DNA of 64,000 nucleotides. Origin: Schmidtea polychroa. Taxonomy: Eukaryota. Shown piece after piece: positions 1-13,589 of this stretch. A model generated the notes under the pieces. That model was not told the DNA's origin. It worked only from the letters and a program-made list of their open reading frames with translations, and did no database searches. Location: positions 190,216,001-190,280,000 of the forward strand of contig CM097885.1 of assembly GCA_044892525.1 (NCBI GenBank), in the 5' to 3' direction. Both the position numbers and the translations under genes were made by a program. Positions within the stretch are counted from its first letter, which is position 1, and every line of letters starts with the position of its first letter.

Positions 1-422
1 GTTGCAGGATCATTTCTTCCATGGCAGTGTTTTCTTGCTCCTTTATTGATATTTTCATTGCCAAGTGCGTCTCGAAATCCATGGCCTTGGTCTGCCAGGT
101 TTGACTACGGACGGCGATTTTTCTGAGCCTTCTCAGCTCTTCTCTTTGGTCTAGGTTTTCTTCCCACTTTCCTTGCTCGCTTTCATATTCCAGTTTCTGG
201 GGCAATTCTCTCATTTCTTTCTTTATTTCTCTATATTGCCTTTTCCACTTTCTGGCTTCTGCCAATAGTTGGTTGGTTTTCCTCTCTTCCTTTTGTTTTT
301 CTATTTCCCGTTTCTTATTTTCGTCGGTTAACCTTTTCCTCGACTCCTGCACTAGTTGATTCAAGTAGTGGCCGTGTGCCTCCTGTCGAGTGCTTTCTAA
401 TGCCGACCAATTGGCTGCTATT

Positions 423-1000
423 TTACAGGCCTCTGCCCCTGCTCTTAAATTCTGTACCAACCACTGGAATTGATGGTTCTCCCATTCTCTTGCTTCCAAA
501 GGCGTCTGCTTTGTCTAGCCAAATGATATGCAGGTCGTTTTTCCTACGATAAGAAGAGTCGTTTATAAGTTGAAGGATAAGGTTGTGTTCTGCACATCCA
601 TCCGGTGCACAGATGGCCTTCTGGTTGGGTGTTAAGAGGTTTCCTTTACTGATCCAGTGAAGGAGGCGATTGTTCATCAGTGAGGTGAAGATCCCGTAAG
701 CGATGTTCATAAAGGAGATCGGTTTCCAAGAGTTAGCCTCGTTGCTTATTTCTGCCTTACCAGATTTAAGGATGAGTCTGGTACGAAAGGATTTCCAGCA
801 AAGGGGAGATTTGGAGTTACTTAGTATATTGTTGCAGAGAGCAAGGATGAGTTCGTAATTAGGGGATATCTTTTTCCAATCAGTTAAGGAGATTTTATCA
901 GTACCTGGGGCAGTATTGTCTAGTCAGAAGATACTTTTAATGTCATCGATGTCAAAAGGAGTGATAGTGAAGATTCGGAGAGTGCTGGGTATTGGTGGTT
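423..1000 (-). pseudogene. Non-LTR retrotransposon reverse transcriptase fragment (R2/NeSL-like, RLE-type clade)
   Basis: Minus-strand translation gives TAPGTDKI..WKKI, ..SWKPISFMNIAYGIF, DGCAEHNLIL and WLDKADAFGS, matching the early RT motifs (PGxDG, WRPIS, GCxEH, LDxxxAFGS). It breaks off after AFGS. Confidence 0.8.
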
Positions 1001-4000
1001 AAAATCAAAGATACAGTTAGAGGCTTTGCCAGCAAAAAGGTTCAAAATGTCATTATAACATTTTAAAATCATATTTAGAAATAATTGATTCCGGGGAAAC
1101 ATTAGAAATATCTCTAAAAACTGTCATATTAAATCATCTAAATTCAAAACGAGGGTCTTATTTAATGTCCGATTGTGTGTATTTTTATTATAAAAATTTT
1201 ATGAGTCGTTCTATATTAACGGTTCCCAATATGGGGTACGTGTACCCATAAAGGTACACAGAAGACAGATATTTACATTGATAAAGTCGGAACTCAATAG
1301 GACATTTCACAAAAAGATAAATATTTATTTATGTATATTTATATAAAATGTTTATGTTATGATTATTTGTCTCACATTAAATACAAAAAAGGTTGCTTAA
1401 AGCCTAAAATAAATAAATACATTCAATTAATATATGCCTTCTATGAATTTCTAGTAGTTATTGGGGATCAGATCAGTTCAGGAATGAAAGGGTACTCACA
1501 AATAAAAAATTGTATTCAAGGGTGATATGAAAGGAAAAAAGGTTGGTGACCGCCGGTCTATATTATAGGATCCTAGTAAATATTAATTTTATAATAGATT
1601 TCTTTTGAAAATATTGAATTTAAATAATTATTACCCAATGCTCTGATTCATTTCAAATTTTTGATTTCAAACCTTTATTAACGGAAATGTCCAACGGATT
1701 TGCTAGTTATACTGGTTCACTGAGTTGTGACTGTAATACATTACATGAAACATCTATAAATAGTAACATACAATTCAGATGCAATAAACAGGCATAATTT
1801 ACACACATAAATTATATTAATACTGTTGAGGTCAGTAAATTAAAATAAATTAAAATAAATTTAGGTTGAAAATTTAAATAAAAAGTAGGTAAAGGAAAAA
1901 GACAAATAAAAGCGTGATCATGCACAGAATTGATAGTAAAGGAAAGTATGATGGAAGCAGTATTAGGAAATGGCAACAGTAGTTGCGAAAGGCAAGGAAT
2001 CCGGAAATCCAAGAAAAATCAATAAATTGTAAAATCATCGAAATTGAATTGGGAATACGGGACAGGTATAGATTAGCTAATGATCAACAAAATGTTGATT
2101 AGGGATTTATCAGCAAATGGTTAGAAAGGGTCGAAAAGCATTCAAATATGTTTAAACAGAAAACGTTAATTAATTAATTAATTGGCTAATAGAAAACCCG
2201 AGCCAATGGAGAATGAAGGAAACACGAGCTGGGTAAACAAAGAGAAAAGTAAATAAAAGGAAGATTTGGGCCCATAATCTTGACACAATGATTAATGGGA
2301 AAAGACCAAGGAGAAGATAGTGCGTGCAGAAAGGCCGGACGGGCCATTAATTATATTTGTTCGTTGGACCATTTTGGGTGACAACCGAATCAAATATGTG
2401 GAGTCGAATGTCAAGTGAGAGATTGGCTCGGCACTAACCATTTGTCATCTCGATTTCGAAGAGTATATAAGGAAGGGGAAAATCAGAGCAAATCGGCATT
2501 TTGTCTCAGTTAGGATAAGAAGAAATGAGAATAGGCGAAAGGTAAAAACAAATTAAGGAGAATTGGGTAAAAAGAAGATATAGAATAGGAATACGAAAAG
2601 GTGAAAAAGGATCGAGTCAATGAGAAAAAGGAAAACGTTGGTCAAGAGAACCTAAGGAAATAAAAGGTGAATATTATCTTTTGTCAAAGTATCAAGACCG
2701 AGCGGAGAATCGGTCAAACTTTATTGTTGAGAAAAGAATATATTTTTGTGATTCACATATACGTTGGGTAGTTTATCGTTTTGATTAAAAGGACACGAGG
2801 AGTCAGAGGTTACCGATTTAAATTACCTAAAACCCAACAATGCATTAATATTTAAATGTTTATCAATGGAACTAAATCTCGACCCGACTACTTGTGTTCA
2901 GCAATCTAAGGAAAAAGCTGAAATCCAAACAAAATCGTTATTTAAAAATTGTTCAAATTAGTTAAACTGTTAAACGAATGCATGGTGAGTATCACCATCG
3001 AAATGAAAACACAATCTCGTTTTTTTCTCATCCGAATTTCTCCACGTCTCGTTCACTGTCTTCATTTAATTCTTTTCAACTGACAAGTTTTCTCTTTGAC
3101 CAACTGGCGCTTTGTTTTGTTTGCACTTTTATACTATTTTCTCATTAATTTTTCGTATAATAATTATGCAAACGAGTGAACAATTTATTGCTCATTACCG
3201 ATGTTTTGCTAATCAACTAAAATTTATGCATCCATTAAGCTGACGTTAAGCTGGATACTCCCTGATTTATGGGCTTGAATTACAACTCAATTGACTTCTT
3301 CTATAGAGTTCTAATCGATTTAAAATTATTCTATTTGCCTTCGAAATCTCATTTGTTACCGGTTAATACTCCCCCCCCCCCGAAAAATATTGATTTTTTA
3401 TGCAAATTTTTAATTAATTTTGATAATTTATAATTTTTTATACTTTATTTCGTATCTTTTATATAATCCCAACATATTTACACTATTTAATTAGAATTCG
3501 TCCTCGAATTCTGTTTTACAATTAATTATATATATTTCGACATTCAAATTTTGATTTGCTGATTTTATTAGTAATTGTGCATTGGTTTAACAACAAGTTA
3601 TTTCTTGTCGCAAAATTTGTGTTAAAAATTCTTTAAAAAATTCAAAATTTATATAAAAATATTAAATTAATTAGATTTCCCAATTTTAAATTAAATTTAA
3701 CCCCATAATGAGGTTTCTTCATTTCAAATTACATATTTTCCTTTTTAATATGAATTATTTGCATTTTTTTTCCTTTGATAAAGATATTTTCCCATTACTG
3801 GAAATATCGGTTGAAAAGAAAAAAAATAATTTTAGTTCTCCAGTTTTGTTTAAATTAAAATTTTTGAAAGTTTAACAGTGGTGTAGCAATATGTTTGTAT
3901 TAGTGCATCAGGCGTATATTTCTATCCTAAATTTACGTGATTGTCTTAGTCTAGCTGACATAAAATACTGTAAGACACAGAGAACTAAAATTAATTGGAC

Positions 4001-4085
4001 AAAATGAACAAGCCAATTCTTTTGAAAATCATCATTCTGTTGGGGTGCTGCAAGGTCGACCTCAACTTTCAATATTGGTCTAGAG

Positions 4086-5988
4086 CAGGGTTTCTTAACC
4101 TTTTTGGTGCAATGGACCCCTTTAAATATTTTAAATGTCACGGACCCCTCTGTGAAAAAAAATTGTTTAAACGTCAATTATTACAAAATATATTTTATTT
4201 TATTATTTAAATATTTTTATTTCAACCGAATTCGTTGGAATTCGTCCAACATTTGAAAGTTTGCATATATCCCATTTTGAATTATAATTTTCCAAACGGA
4301 CATTTTCGATAAAAATGCTTGTAGTTTTTCAGTGGCATCCATAATTGTTGTATCAAGCCCCTGAATTGAAATATTTATATCGTTCATGTGGTTAAAAATG
4401 TCTGCCAGGTAAGCCAATTTACATATAAAATCTTTGTTATTGGAATATTCGAAGAGCGAGTTATCTTTTTCTTCCAAAAATAGTGATACTTCTGTCTTCA
4501 ACTTGAAAATTCGTTTCAAAACCTGCCCTCGAGACAGCCAGCGCACTTCCGTGTGGTACAGAAGTACCTCATGTTCTGCGTTCATTTCTTGACACAATGT
4601 TTTAAAAAGACGATGATTAAGAGCTCTACTTCTAATAAAATTCACGGTTTTAATAACTATTGAAAATACATCTTTTAAGCTGGTTGGAAGAGTTTTTGTA
4701 GCCAGCACATGTCTATGTAAAAAACAATGTGTAACAATAACATTAGGAGCTTCTTTGTTTACCAAATGTGCAAAACCAGATTTATTGCCAAGCATTGCAG
4801 GTGCTCCATCGGTAAAAAGAGAATGAAGTTTTTGTTTCCAGTCGAAATCGTGTTTGGAAAAGAAAACATTCAAAATCGCTAAAACATCAACTGCTTTTGT
4901 AGTTTGCAAAAGAGGCTCACAAAATAAGAATTCTTCTTTGATAGTATCAGCTGACACGTAACGAACAAAAACCAGAAGTTGACTACAATTCGAGATGTCT
5001 GTAGTTTCATCAAGTTGCATACTAAAGGGAAATGGCGATGCTTTCAATTCATTGATGATCTGTTTCAAAATATTACAAGAAATTTCAACTATTCTTGACT
5101 GTATCACATCATTGGATAATGGAATAGCCTCAAGTTTTTTTCTCTGTTGAAGTCCACAAACTAATTCAACCATTTCTAGCACACATGGCTTAATTAATGT
5201 CTCTCTAATAGTATGCGGTTTCTTACTTTTGGCAATACGATATGCAACTCTGAAAGATGCTTCAACCAAAGGTTTTTGTGGAATACCAAATCCAAGTTTG
5301 GTTAATGTTCCAGATTTCGAAAACTGGGCTTTCTTCTTTGTAAAAAATTCTAGATCTTTAGATGCATTTTCAGGATGAAGAGATTTGAGATGCTCTATCA
5401 ATTTTGCCGGTTTCATACTGGCGTTTGCCAAAATTTTTCCACACAGAAAGCGTTGTGGCTTTTCAACATCGTCCGATTCCTTCATGCAACAGAATCCATA
5501 TTTAACGTAACTTTCACCGTACTTCCTTTTTTTGGACATTTTGGGCTACAAAAAATATCAAAAAATTATTAAGAAAAAAATATCAATAAATTATTAAGAA
5601 TTCAAATTGAAATTGTTCACAAATGAATTACTTGACTGAACTCACCTTTACTTGAAAACACCGTTGATAACACAAAAAAAAACACTAGAAAAAACTATGA
5701 TACAAAAAAGCACTCGAAAAAAAATACTAGTAAATACAATACTTTACGAACAAATATTTCGCTTTAAGAATTTGCAAGAACTTTGCGGAACTGATTCTAA
5801 CGCACTTTATTCCAAGTGAAATAAAAATCAAAGGCTACTCAGTGTTTCAAATTTTCAAATTTTGACAAAAAAAAATTTTTGAAGAAATTTTAAAAATTAA
5901 GAGCAGAAATTAGGCGCAGTCGGCGAACCCCCAAAATATGATCCATGGACCCCCAAGGGGTCCATGAACCACAGGTTAAGAAACCCTG
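4086..5988 (-). mobile_element. hAT DNA transposon, Buster/SPIN type, internally deleted
   Basis: TIRs CAGGGTTTCTTAACCT / AGGTTAAGAAACCCTG. Perfect 8-bp TSD GTCTAGAG (4078-4085 and 5989-5996) with the central TA typical of Buster targets. Confidence 0.95.
4217..5539 (-). CDS. Buster-type hAT transposase (SCAND3/ZBED5-like), C-terminally truncated
   Basis: 440-aa ORF with a degenerate BED finger, QLDETTD, TDGAPAM, HCFLHRH and TEVRWLSRG. The C-terminal dimerisation region and catalytic Glu are missing. Confidence 0.9.
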   Translation of the reverse strand: MSKKRKYGESYVKYGFCCMKESDDVEKPQRFLCGKILANASMKPAKLIEHLKSLHPENASKDLEFFTKKKAQFSKSGTLTKLGFGIPQKPLVEASFRVAYRIAKSKKPHTIRETLIKPCVLEMVELVCGLQQRKKLEAIPLSNDVIQSRIVEISCNILKQIINELKASPFPFSMQLDETTDISNCSQLLVFVRYVSADTIKEEFLFCEPLLQTTKAVDVLAILNVFFSKHDFDWKQKLHSLFTDGAPAMLGNKSGFAHLVNKEAPNVIVTHCFLHRHVLATKTLPTSLKDVFSIVIKTVNFIRSRALNHRLFKTLCQEMNAEHEVLLYHTEVRWLSRGQVLKRIFKLKTEVSLFLEEKDNSLFEYSNNKDFICKLAYLADIFNHMNDINISIQGLDTTIMDATEKLQAFLSKMSVWKIIIQNGIYANFQMLDEFQRIRLK

Positions 5989-6529
5989 GTCTAGAGGATG
6001 GCGGTCTCTCACTTCAATTTTTCTCGCTTATACATCGACCCTAAACAGTACTCCAAATGACTGTTCTCACGGCATGATACCCATGAATTACTTTGTGATG
6101 ATTTAACTTTCACTCTGCTAGTGCCGGCCGCAATAACTTCCGGGGTGGTAGGTGAGAAATCGGCATCTACGCACCCATGACACGACTTTCTGGATGATCT
6201 TTGGGCACTATCTGAGTGACTATGGTGAGCTGGATAGACGTTACCCTCCTATGTGATCGGAATTTGTGCAATATTTTTAGTTTCTGTTGCTTGGATGTAT
6301 ACTTTGTGAAACGCCATTGTTTGCTCCTTTATTAGCAACCTCTGAGATATTTGTTTTACCAAGTAGACAATTTTTCTTGGGGGGAGAGTTGAAAAAAAAT
6401 GCTTGTGTATAATAAATATTTGGGGCATTATACAAAATAGGACTTTTTTTCATTAATTTAAGAGATAGAACAACTTTTTTTTATTCAATTATAAAACAAA
6501 ATTACATAGACTTATGAATCATAATATTA

Positions 6530-9440
6530 CTTTTTGAAAAGAAACTGCAAACGTCTGTGATCTTGACCAAATTAATTGATCACTTTGTCCATTATTTTTC
6601 GTTTTTTTACTGTCATTGATTCTGTCGCGATGAACACTCATCATGCAAAATCCAGAAAGTCTATCTTCACACATTGTTGTCCTAAGCCACGTTTTGATTC
6701 TTCTCAGTGTGCTAAATGATCTTTCAAACGTGTTAGTTTTTCAACTGCTTTCTGAATAGCTGGAAAAAGGTCTGTGAATTGTAATAAATCCATCATTCCA
6801 TCGCGACTTTTGATTTCAAAATCCGACTTTATTTGACCACATCTCAAACATAAGTGCTTGTCTCATCATCAAAGTTTTCAATTTGATACTCCATTATGAT
6901 GTTTTCTGTGAGTTTTGAATTCATCTTTTGAAAGCTTCAACATTTCCGCTGGGTGAAGTGAAAATAGACTAAAATTGATTTTGTTTTTGTCAATAAATCT
7001 GCTCTCCAACGATGAGATGATTGAATCCAAGTATGGTATAAAGACAGTACTTCGAAAGTATTCTTCAACAGTTGAACCACCATTATTTGAACGGTGTGTT
7101 TCCCTCTTACATTATCTCGGAATTGTCAACTGGATGCTTAATTGTTCTGCCAATTTCTCACTTTGAGAAATAAAGGTCTTAAAAAACTTTTCAGCATTTT
7201 GTCTGAGCGTGGAAGATTTTTAGGAGCTCCTGGACGTGGTCAAAGACTTTCAGAATGTCTAATTGTGTTGATTGTAGGGCTTGTGCTACTGACTCTAATT
7301 TTGAGGAGTAGTAAGTGATGATTTGAAGACAAATTAGAAAACTTGTTGTACTTGAAGAACACTGTAACTGGTGGGCATTCTGTCGTGTTTTACCATTTGC
7401 TTCGATGACCAGTGAACTCAGCTGATCAAAAATGTCTTCAAAACTTGCAGCAAAAAGTCTGATACTTATGTATTTTGCAGACCAAGGTGTTTCACAAAGC
7501 AAGGGAACATTTGGAATCAGATTTATTCTCTTTGGGCTTTCTCAAATAAATCTTATAATGCTCTTAATTGTTCCAATTGTATTCATAACATCTGGTACAG
7601 CATTGAGATCATTGATTACAAGATTAAGTCGATGTGATGCACAATGCACATAAACAGCTTTAGGGTATTTGCTCTTAAATTTTGCCTGAACGCCACCTTC
7701 TTTACCAGCTATGGTAGAGTAGCCATCATAGCCTTGCTATACTTTTTGTCAAGGTTTAATCCATACCTTGTGCACTGATCAATGATTTTATCAGCTATGG
7801 ATGTAGCATCAAAATGATTCAGTTTTGCAAATCCAAGGAATTCTTCATGAATAACAGTTTCTGTGAGGCTAGAATTCACAAAACGAACTCCTATGGAAAT
7901 TTGATCTTTTCCAGATATGTCAGATATAAAATAAATTAATTTTCAAATAATTTAATAAATATTATATTTAAAATCAAAGTTTAATTAAATTTAAGACTGC
8001 ATTGAAAAAATCTGCTCTGTTATTAAAATAATAACAAAATTCATTAAGAATATCCTGTCTTTTTTCTGTTAAAACACCTTTCTTTCTTTTGATTTCTAAC
8101 TTTAATTCATTGTGGAATGATTCGATAGCTTGAGTGTTAATTCCATTCCTTTTATTTATAAAGCCATACTTATGACAAAATGCCATGATAAAAACTGTAT
8201 TCATCAAGATTGAAGTACGCTTTATGTTCATCTGTCCATATTACGCTATTATTGGCCACTTGATTACATATCATAGGCACTATTGTTCTTTCTTTCTTGT
8301 CTGGTATTGTAACTGCAAGTGCTCTTTCAATATTATTATATACCTCTACAATACACAATGAATCAGTTCTGTTACTAGGAGCTCGGCCACGATGACTTTT
8401 GACCTTATAATTAAGCATGGTCTGATCGATTTGTACTATTTTCCCAGGCCCCCTAGTTTAGAATTGCTAAAATCAACTCTAGGTATTTTGCTTTTTAATC
8501 TTTTTATCACCTTTTCAATTGTTGAATCAGAGGTATCTAATGACAATTTGATACTAAAAGTAGGCTGCCTTAATGAATATTTTATAATTATTCTTAAAAT
8601 CAAAGCCACCTGAATACTTAATCCATCAAAAAAAGAATTTTTCCTAACCGATTCATAGACTTTTGTACCTCCAAGCAATTTTGTCTATAGATCTTTTATG
8701 ATCTACCAATTTCATAAAGGTATTACATGTGCTGTACACATGTTCATTCTTCAAAAACGAGTTTGTCATCAAAAATAAAGCAAGATTTTTTTCGTCCAGT
8801 GTTATACATATTCTTTCAAATTCATAAGTAGTCATTTAATGTATTGAAAAATTAATTATTATTTTAATTAATATTGAAAAATTTATTATTTTAATTAATA
8901 TTAATAAATAAATATTACTATTTATTTATTTTTGGGGGTTATTATGGGGTTAAATTAAAAGGTTGATCCAATCTTTGTAAAAGGCCCTGTGATGAATGCA
9001 CTTTGAAAACCATGATTTATTGGCTGGGGAAAAGTATGCAAAATTTGCAAATTGCTCCTTTTGAAAGAACTGATTAATTGAGTCATGGTGAGTACTGACT
9101 TAACCAAGCATAGCGGAAACAACGATTTCCTTTTGGATCTTTTTTTAAAATCATAGCTTTCTGTTTTTGTATCGACTGTCAAGAGATTGAATTTGAGATC
9201 ATTGTTAATATTAGTTGATAAATTAATGTATTCACCGATATCATTTTCTTGTGAACAGAGCCTTGTTTCATTTGTATTTGTGCAAATATTTGTCTTTATT
9301 GATCCTGAAAGTGTCCTCAATTTTGCTTGAATTGTCTTCAATTTTGCTTTTCTTACAAACAGGCAAGTCTAATTCTGTCGTTGTGTCTTCAGTTTGTTGC
9401 CTTTTTAAATACTTTCGTATATCCATTTCTAAAAAGGCAA
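6530..9440 (-). pseudogene. hAT transposase remnant (ZMYM1/THAP12-like), split by a Merlin insertion
   Basis: N-terminal piece 9440-8960 (MDIRKYLKR..DIGEYINL). Core 7923-6530 with DISGKDQISIGVRFV..HEEFLGF, VYVHCASHRLNLV and LCETPWS. Many stops and frameshifts. Confidence 0.8.
7974..8835 (-). mobile_element. Merlin (IS1595/ISXO2-like) transposase, frameshifted
   Basis: Consecutive ORF pieces give LGGLGKIVQIDQT, KSHRGRA, IWTDEHKAY, CHKYGF and NTQAIESFHNELK, the Merlin DDE signature. Confidence 0.9.
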
Positions 9441-10520
9441 GAAACAAAATTATAATTATGTTTTGATTTGGCAATATAACAAAAATAAAAAACAGACGGT
9501 ATTTTTCAAAAAGCAAAATCGATTCAAAAATTCCATTAACCAATTATTCAAAGGTACATTTACAAAGACATACATAATTAGCAAATAAAGTTTAGTTCTG
9601 TTTAGGTTTCTCCAACGACAGTTTTACCATTTTTTCTCCCTTATTCAAAATTTAAAACAGAAACAAAATGTAAAGAAAATTATTATAGTTTAGTTTTTTT
9701 TCTATTCCAGCCCAACAATTCATTTTGGATATAATTGTTGGATCTATCAGCTTAGTTCGGGAATGTTATCTATTATCAATTTGGATTGGAATTTAGTTCA
9801 TGCCTGCCAAATCTTAAAACGTTATTTGACTATAGATGTTTCGACCAAGGAAATGATTGTAAAAATGAAAAGGTGATTTTGCAGGAAGGGATACTATAAA
9901 TCTCACCGGGAGATTTTTCCTATGGATAGGCCGAACCAACCAATTCCCAAGCTGACAGTTGGAAAATACAAAATTTAGGACAATACAAACCAGAAAGAAA
10001 GTGCATATATCAGGAGAAGGACCCGAAAGGAAGCCAGTGTAGCAGGTCATGTTCTCCGGAGATTAGAAAAAATCCAGGTGCCCAAAATGCGCACAATTCA
10101 TGCTGAAATTGGTTTTTAAATCTCAAATATACGTTAGAACCGAAAACGATAGATTTAGTTCTTTGCTACAATTTATTTTGCTGGAATAAAAAAAGAAAGA
10201 TGACCACAATGAAAGATGAACAAAAGCCTTCTATCGGCAGTCTACAAACCCATACGAATGTTTGAGGATTATAATACACCAGTATGTGGTCACTTTACGC
10301 AAACATTCACCCAGTCGATGCAGTACCAATGTTGAACACTCAAACGTCATGGAGAAGTTAACACACTTGGGTTACGTTGCAAACAGCAAGAAAAAGTAAA
10401 ATGTTGACTACCTGTAACCTACCAATGGGCAAACATTTTATTTATCTAACTTGTTTTAGATTTATAATCGATCTGCTCATTTAGTTAATCTCGATTCTAA
10501 CTTTTATCATATAATATTAA

Positions 10521-11990
10521 CCCATTCACTGCGGCACAAATTTATCAGACTTTCGTCAGGAGCGGCGTCGGTTTTTTAATGAATCTGCCGTTTTTAAAGT
10601 AAATAAAATTAATTATGATTAATGTGTCTTTACAAAATGTTTTTAGTGTGTTTTGGGTCACGTCATTTATCTGTGCTTTGCATACTTGGCCACCGATTTG
10701 ACGTGCAGTGCACTGACACGCATGTGAGACGTAACGTCTTCAAGGAATCTAATAGTACTAACATAATAATACATATTTATTCTTAAAATTAAATACAAAG
10801 AAAACTTAAAAATGAGACCGATATTGTAAATATTGATAAAAACATAAAAATAAGTTAATATTCTAAAAAACAACAAAATAAATTCTACTTATGAAAGTTG
10901 TCAAAACATGATGCACACAGTCCAGGTTTATCAAGACATCTCACAATGATATATCGTCAATTTTCGCTTATTTTCTGCTGAGCAAACACGGAATCTTGTG
11001 AAATTACGTGTTCTGTTTCATTCACTTTAGTAGGTGCTTTGGTTGTCTTAATATTGAGTAATTTTTCTACTGATAGCCTGTAATCATACAAATAATTTCC
11101 TCACCGAAAACTTATTATATAAAAAATAAGAATTGAGCAGCACGAGCTGGATTACATGTATTTCTAACTTCTTATACCATCTTAGCGTTTGGATAATATG
11201 TACCAAGTTGATCTTGATGTTCAACACCACATATGAATTTGTTGTAGTAAAATATTGGTTTTGGTTTTTTCCCTGAGACGATTTTGTTTATCAGTATACT
11301 CAATCATACTATTCATATATTCATTGGAAATATATAAGTCGTCACGTCTGTCTCTCCATTTTCCTAGGATCATATCGTTTGAGTATTGTGCGATGGTTTT
11401 ACCCCTTTTCCGTATCGGTGTTTTTATTTTTGATATACTGCCGAATGAAAAGTCTATCTTTCCATAACACCACGGACTCATCTATGGAAAGTTCTTTTTG
11501 GGGAAAGTAAAGTGCCGCCATAATGCAATTGAAAAAATTTAAAATTGGATTTATCTTGTGTTGGAGTTCCTGCAGGTGCTTTTTATGCAAAATGCAAGAA
11601 CCTCATTATGAGTAAAAAACGATCCCTGCTCATATGCTTGGTAAAGCATTGGAGATTAAATAATGGGTGCGAATTGTTCCAGTTCGCAAGACTCTAAGCC
11701 CATGAAAGTTAACATTTCTGCTGAAGTGACGGGTTTCCACATACTTATACGCGAACGCTTTGAGACACCAGAAGACGAAATCACTTCTTGAGCGTAATTA
11801 TTTGTTTCGAGTATATCGTCGTCAAATGTTGCCCGAAATATTCTATTTGCTCTTTGTACAATTCAATTCAATACAATTCAAAAAATCACCTTTTTAAAAC
11901 TACTCAAAATCATACATGTTGTACAAAAATCGAAATCAAAAATTTTCTAAAATTAACTCCAAAACTCGAATTAAAATCCAAAATACATTT
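10521..11990 (-). mobile_element. piggyBac transposon remnant
   Basis: TTAA|CCCATTCACTGCGGC terminus at 10517-10535. Transposase pieces ELSIDESVVLWKDRLFIRQYIKNK and GKWRDRRDDLYISNE, plus a C-terminal Cys-rich remnant. The other end was not found. Confidence 0.85.
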
Positions 11991-12029
11991 TTCGTGTCTG
12001 TGCGCGCGTTGGCTTTGAAAGTCTATTTA

Positions 12030-12430
12030 TTATATGTGATCACTTGTCACCTATGGGTGCCGTGCGCACCGCGCTAAGAACCGTTACGTCACGCATAGGT
12101 GCCAGACACAGCCAATGTAGGGTAAGTAACTGAAGTTATCACAACGAGTATACTATGCGTAGTGTCCTTGCTTCTTATGCGTTGGGTCTTTGATATAGTT
12201 GTATGACTGTATGGTGTTGACAGATTCTGAGAAAATAAGAATTAATTATGACATGTGACTAGTTTAGATCGGTTATATCTCATGAGTAGATAGATGTGAG
12301 TGCACTGGCTCAAATGGGCATGACTCATCGGCGAAGCAATGAGTCATCATGATGACTCATCGGACTGATTGGGCTTCAATATGATGTATAATACTCTTTG
12401 TTATGATTAGTAGTCTTTGTTCTACATCAT
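12030..12430. mobile_element. GC-richer LTR-like island with clustered TGA(C/G)TCA motifs
   Basis: Compositional island that truncates the piggyBac. Three AP-1-like TGACTCA/TGAGTCA motifs at about 12322-12360. No confirmed termini. Confidence 0.3.
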
Positions 12431-13589
12431 ATCAAAGTCAAACATTTTCAAAAATTCGGCTCTTTTTTCAAACATCTCAAATTGTGATAACTTTTTAATA
12501 AAAATAACTATGTTGATTAATATAAATTCATATGACAGAAGGTGAATCGGGCTATAAATTGGCATGTCGAATGTTTCTGTGGACTTAATGGTTGCGACTG
12601 GACAAGGGTACAAGGTGTCAAAGTCATGAATTTTTTAAAAATTTAACAGTGGCCCCCCATAAATTGTGTACCAAAAGTGCCATGAAATATATTTTAGTGA
12701 TTTGGAAACAGAAACTTATTCTAAGACTTATCTTAGAAAATATTTTTCATTGGATATTATGTTTGGCCACAAATGGGCTTTGAAAATATATTTTCTTTGT
12801 TATATGTAAAAATTATATGTCAATAGATAATTCTATAGTCACAAGAGCAAAAGTTGGGTTATAAAGAGATTGTTCAAAATTTGATAAGTTCAAAGGACTC
12901 GACTGATCAGGCGGTGCAAAGCAGTCGATATAGGAAATTTTCAGTCATATTTGTTAAAGTTAATTTAAACACAAGTTAGAAAAATAATATTTTCTTTCAA
13001 AAAATTATTATAAAAATTATAAAAGAAAAGAAAACTTTAAGTTAGTTGTATAATAATAATTATTATTATTAATAATAATCTGATTATATAATTTATTCTA
13101 AACATAAAGCATTACATTGCTGTTTGTACAGCTCTTTTAATTTTCCAAATTAGTGTTAATCGATTTTCTGGATCAATTTTGTATTCTTGAATGATTGAAT
13201 CAACATACCAATATTCATCCCTTATAAAAGGGATTTCACGAAATTTTTAATTTTAATTTCGATTAAAAAATCCAGAAAAATTCATTAAAATAGCAAAATC
13301 CATGATGGCCGTCAAAAAGACCTAATAAAAGTTATAAAAAAAATATTTTAGTTAAAAAATAAAAATTTACAAGGAAAATTTGCAGAAAATAAGTTAAAAA
13401 TTATGAATTAGATTAAATTGAACATAGAATGTTCTGGAAATGCCCAAATCCATCGTGATTAGAATAATCCGTTCCAAATTAAAATTTTATAAAATTAAAC
13501 AAAAATTATTACGAAAAAATTGCCATGATAAAAATTGAAATTAGAAAGTTCTGGAATAAAAAAATTCGGATTTGTTTTTAATTTTAATT

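Noticed and set aside
1960-3000. Solo LTR (purine-rich body, TATATAAG near 2465)
   Set aside because: Suggestive composition only. No termini, TSD or second copy were identified.
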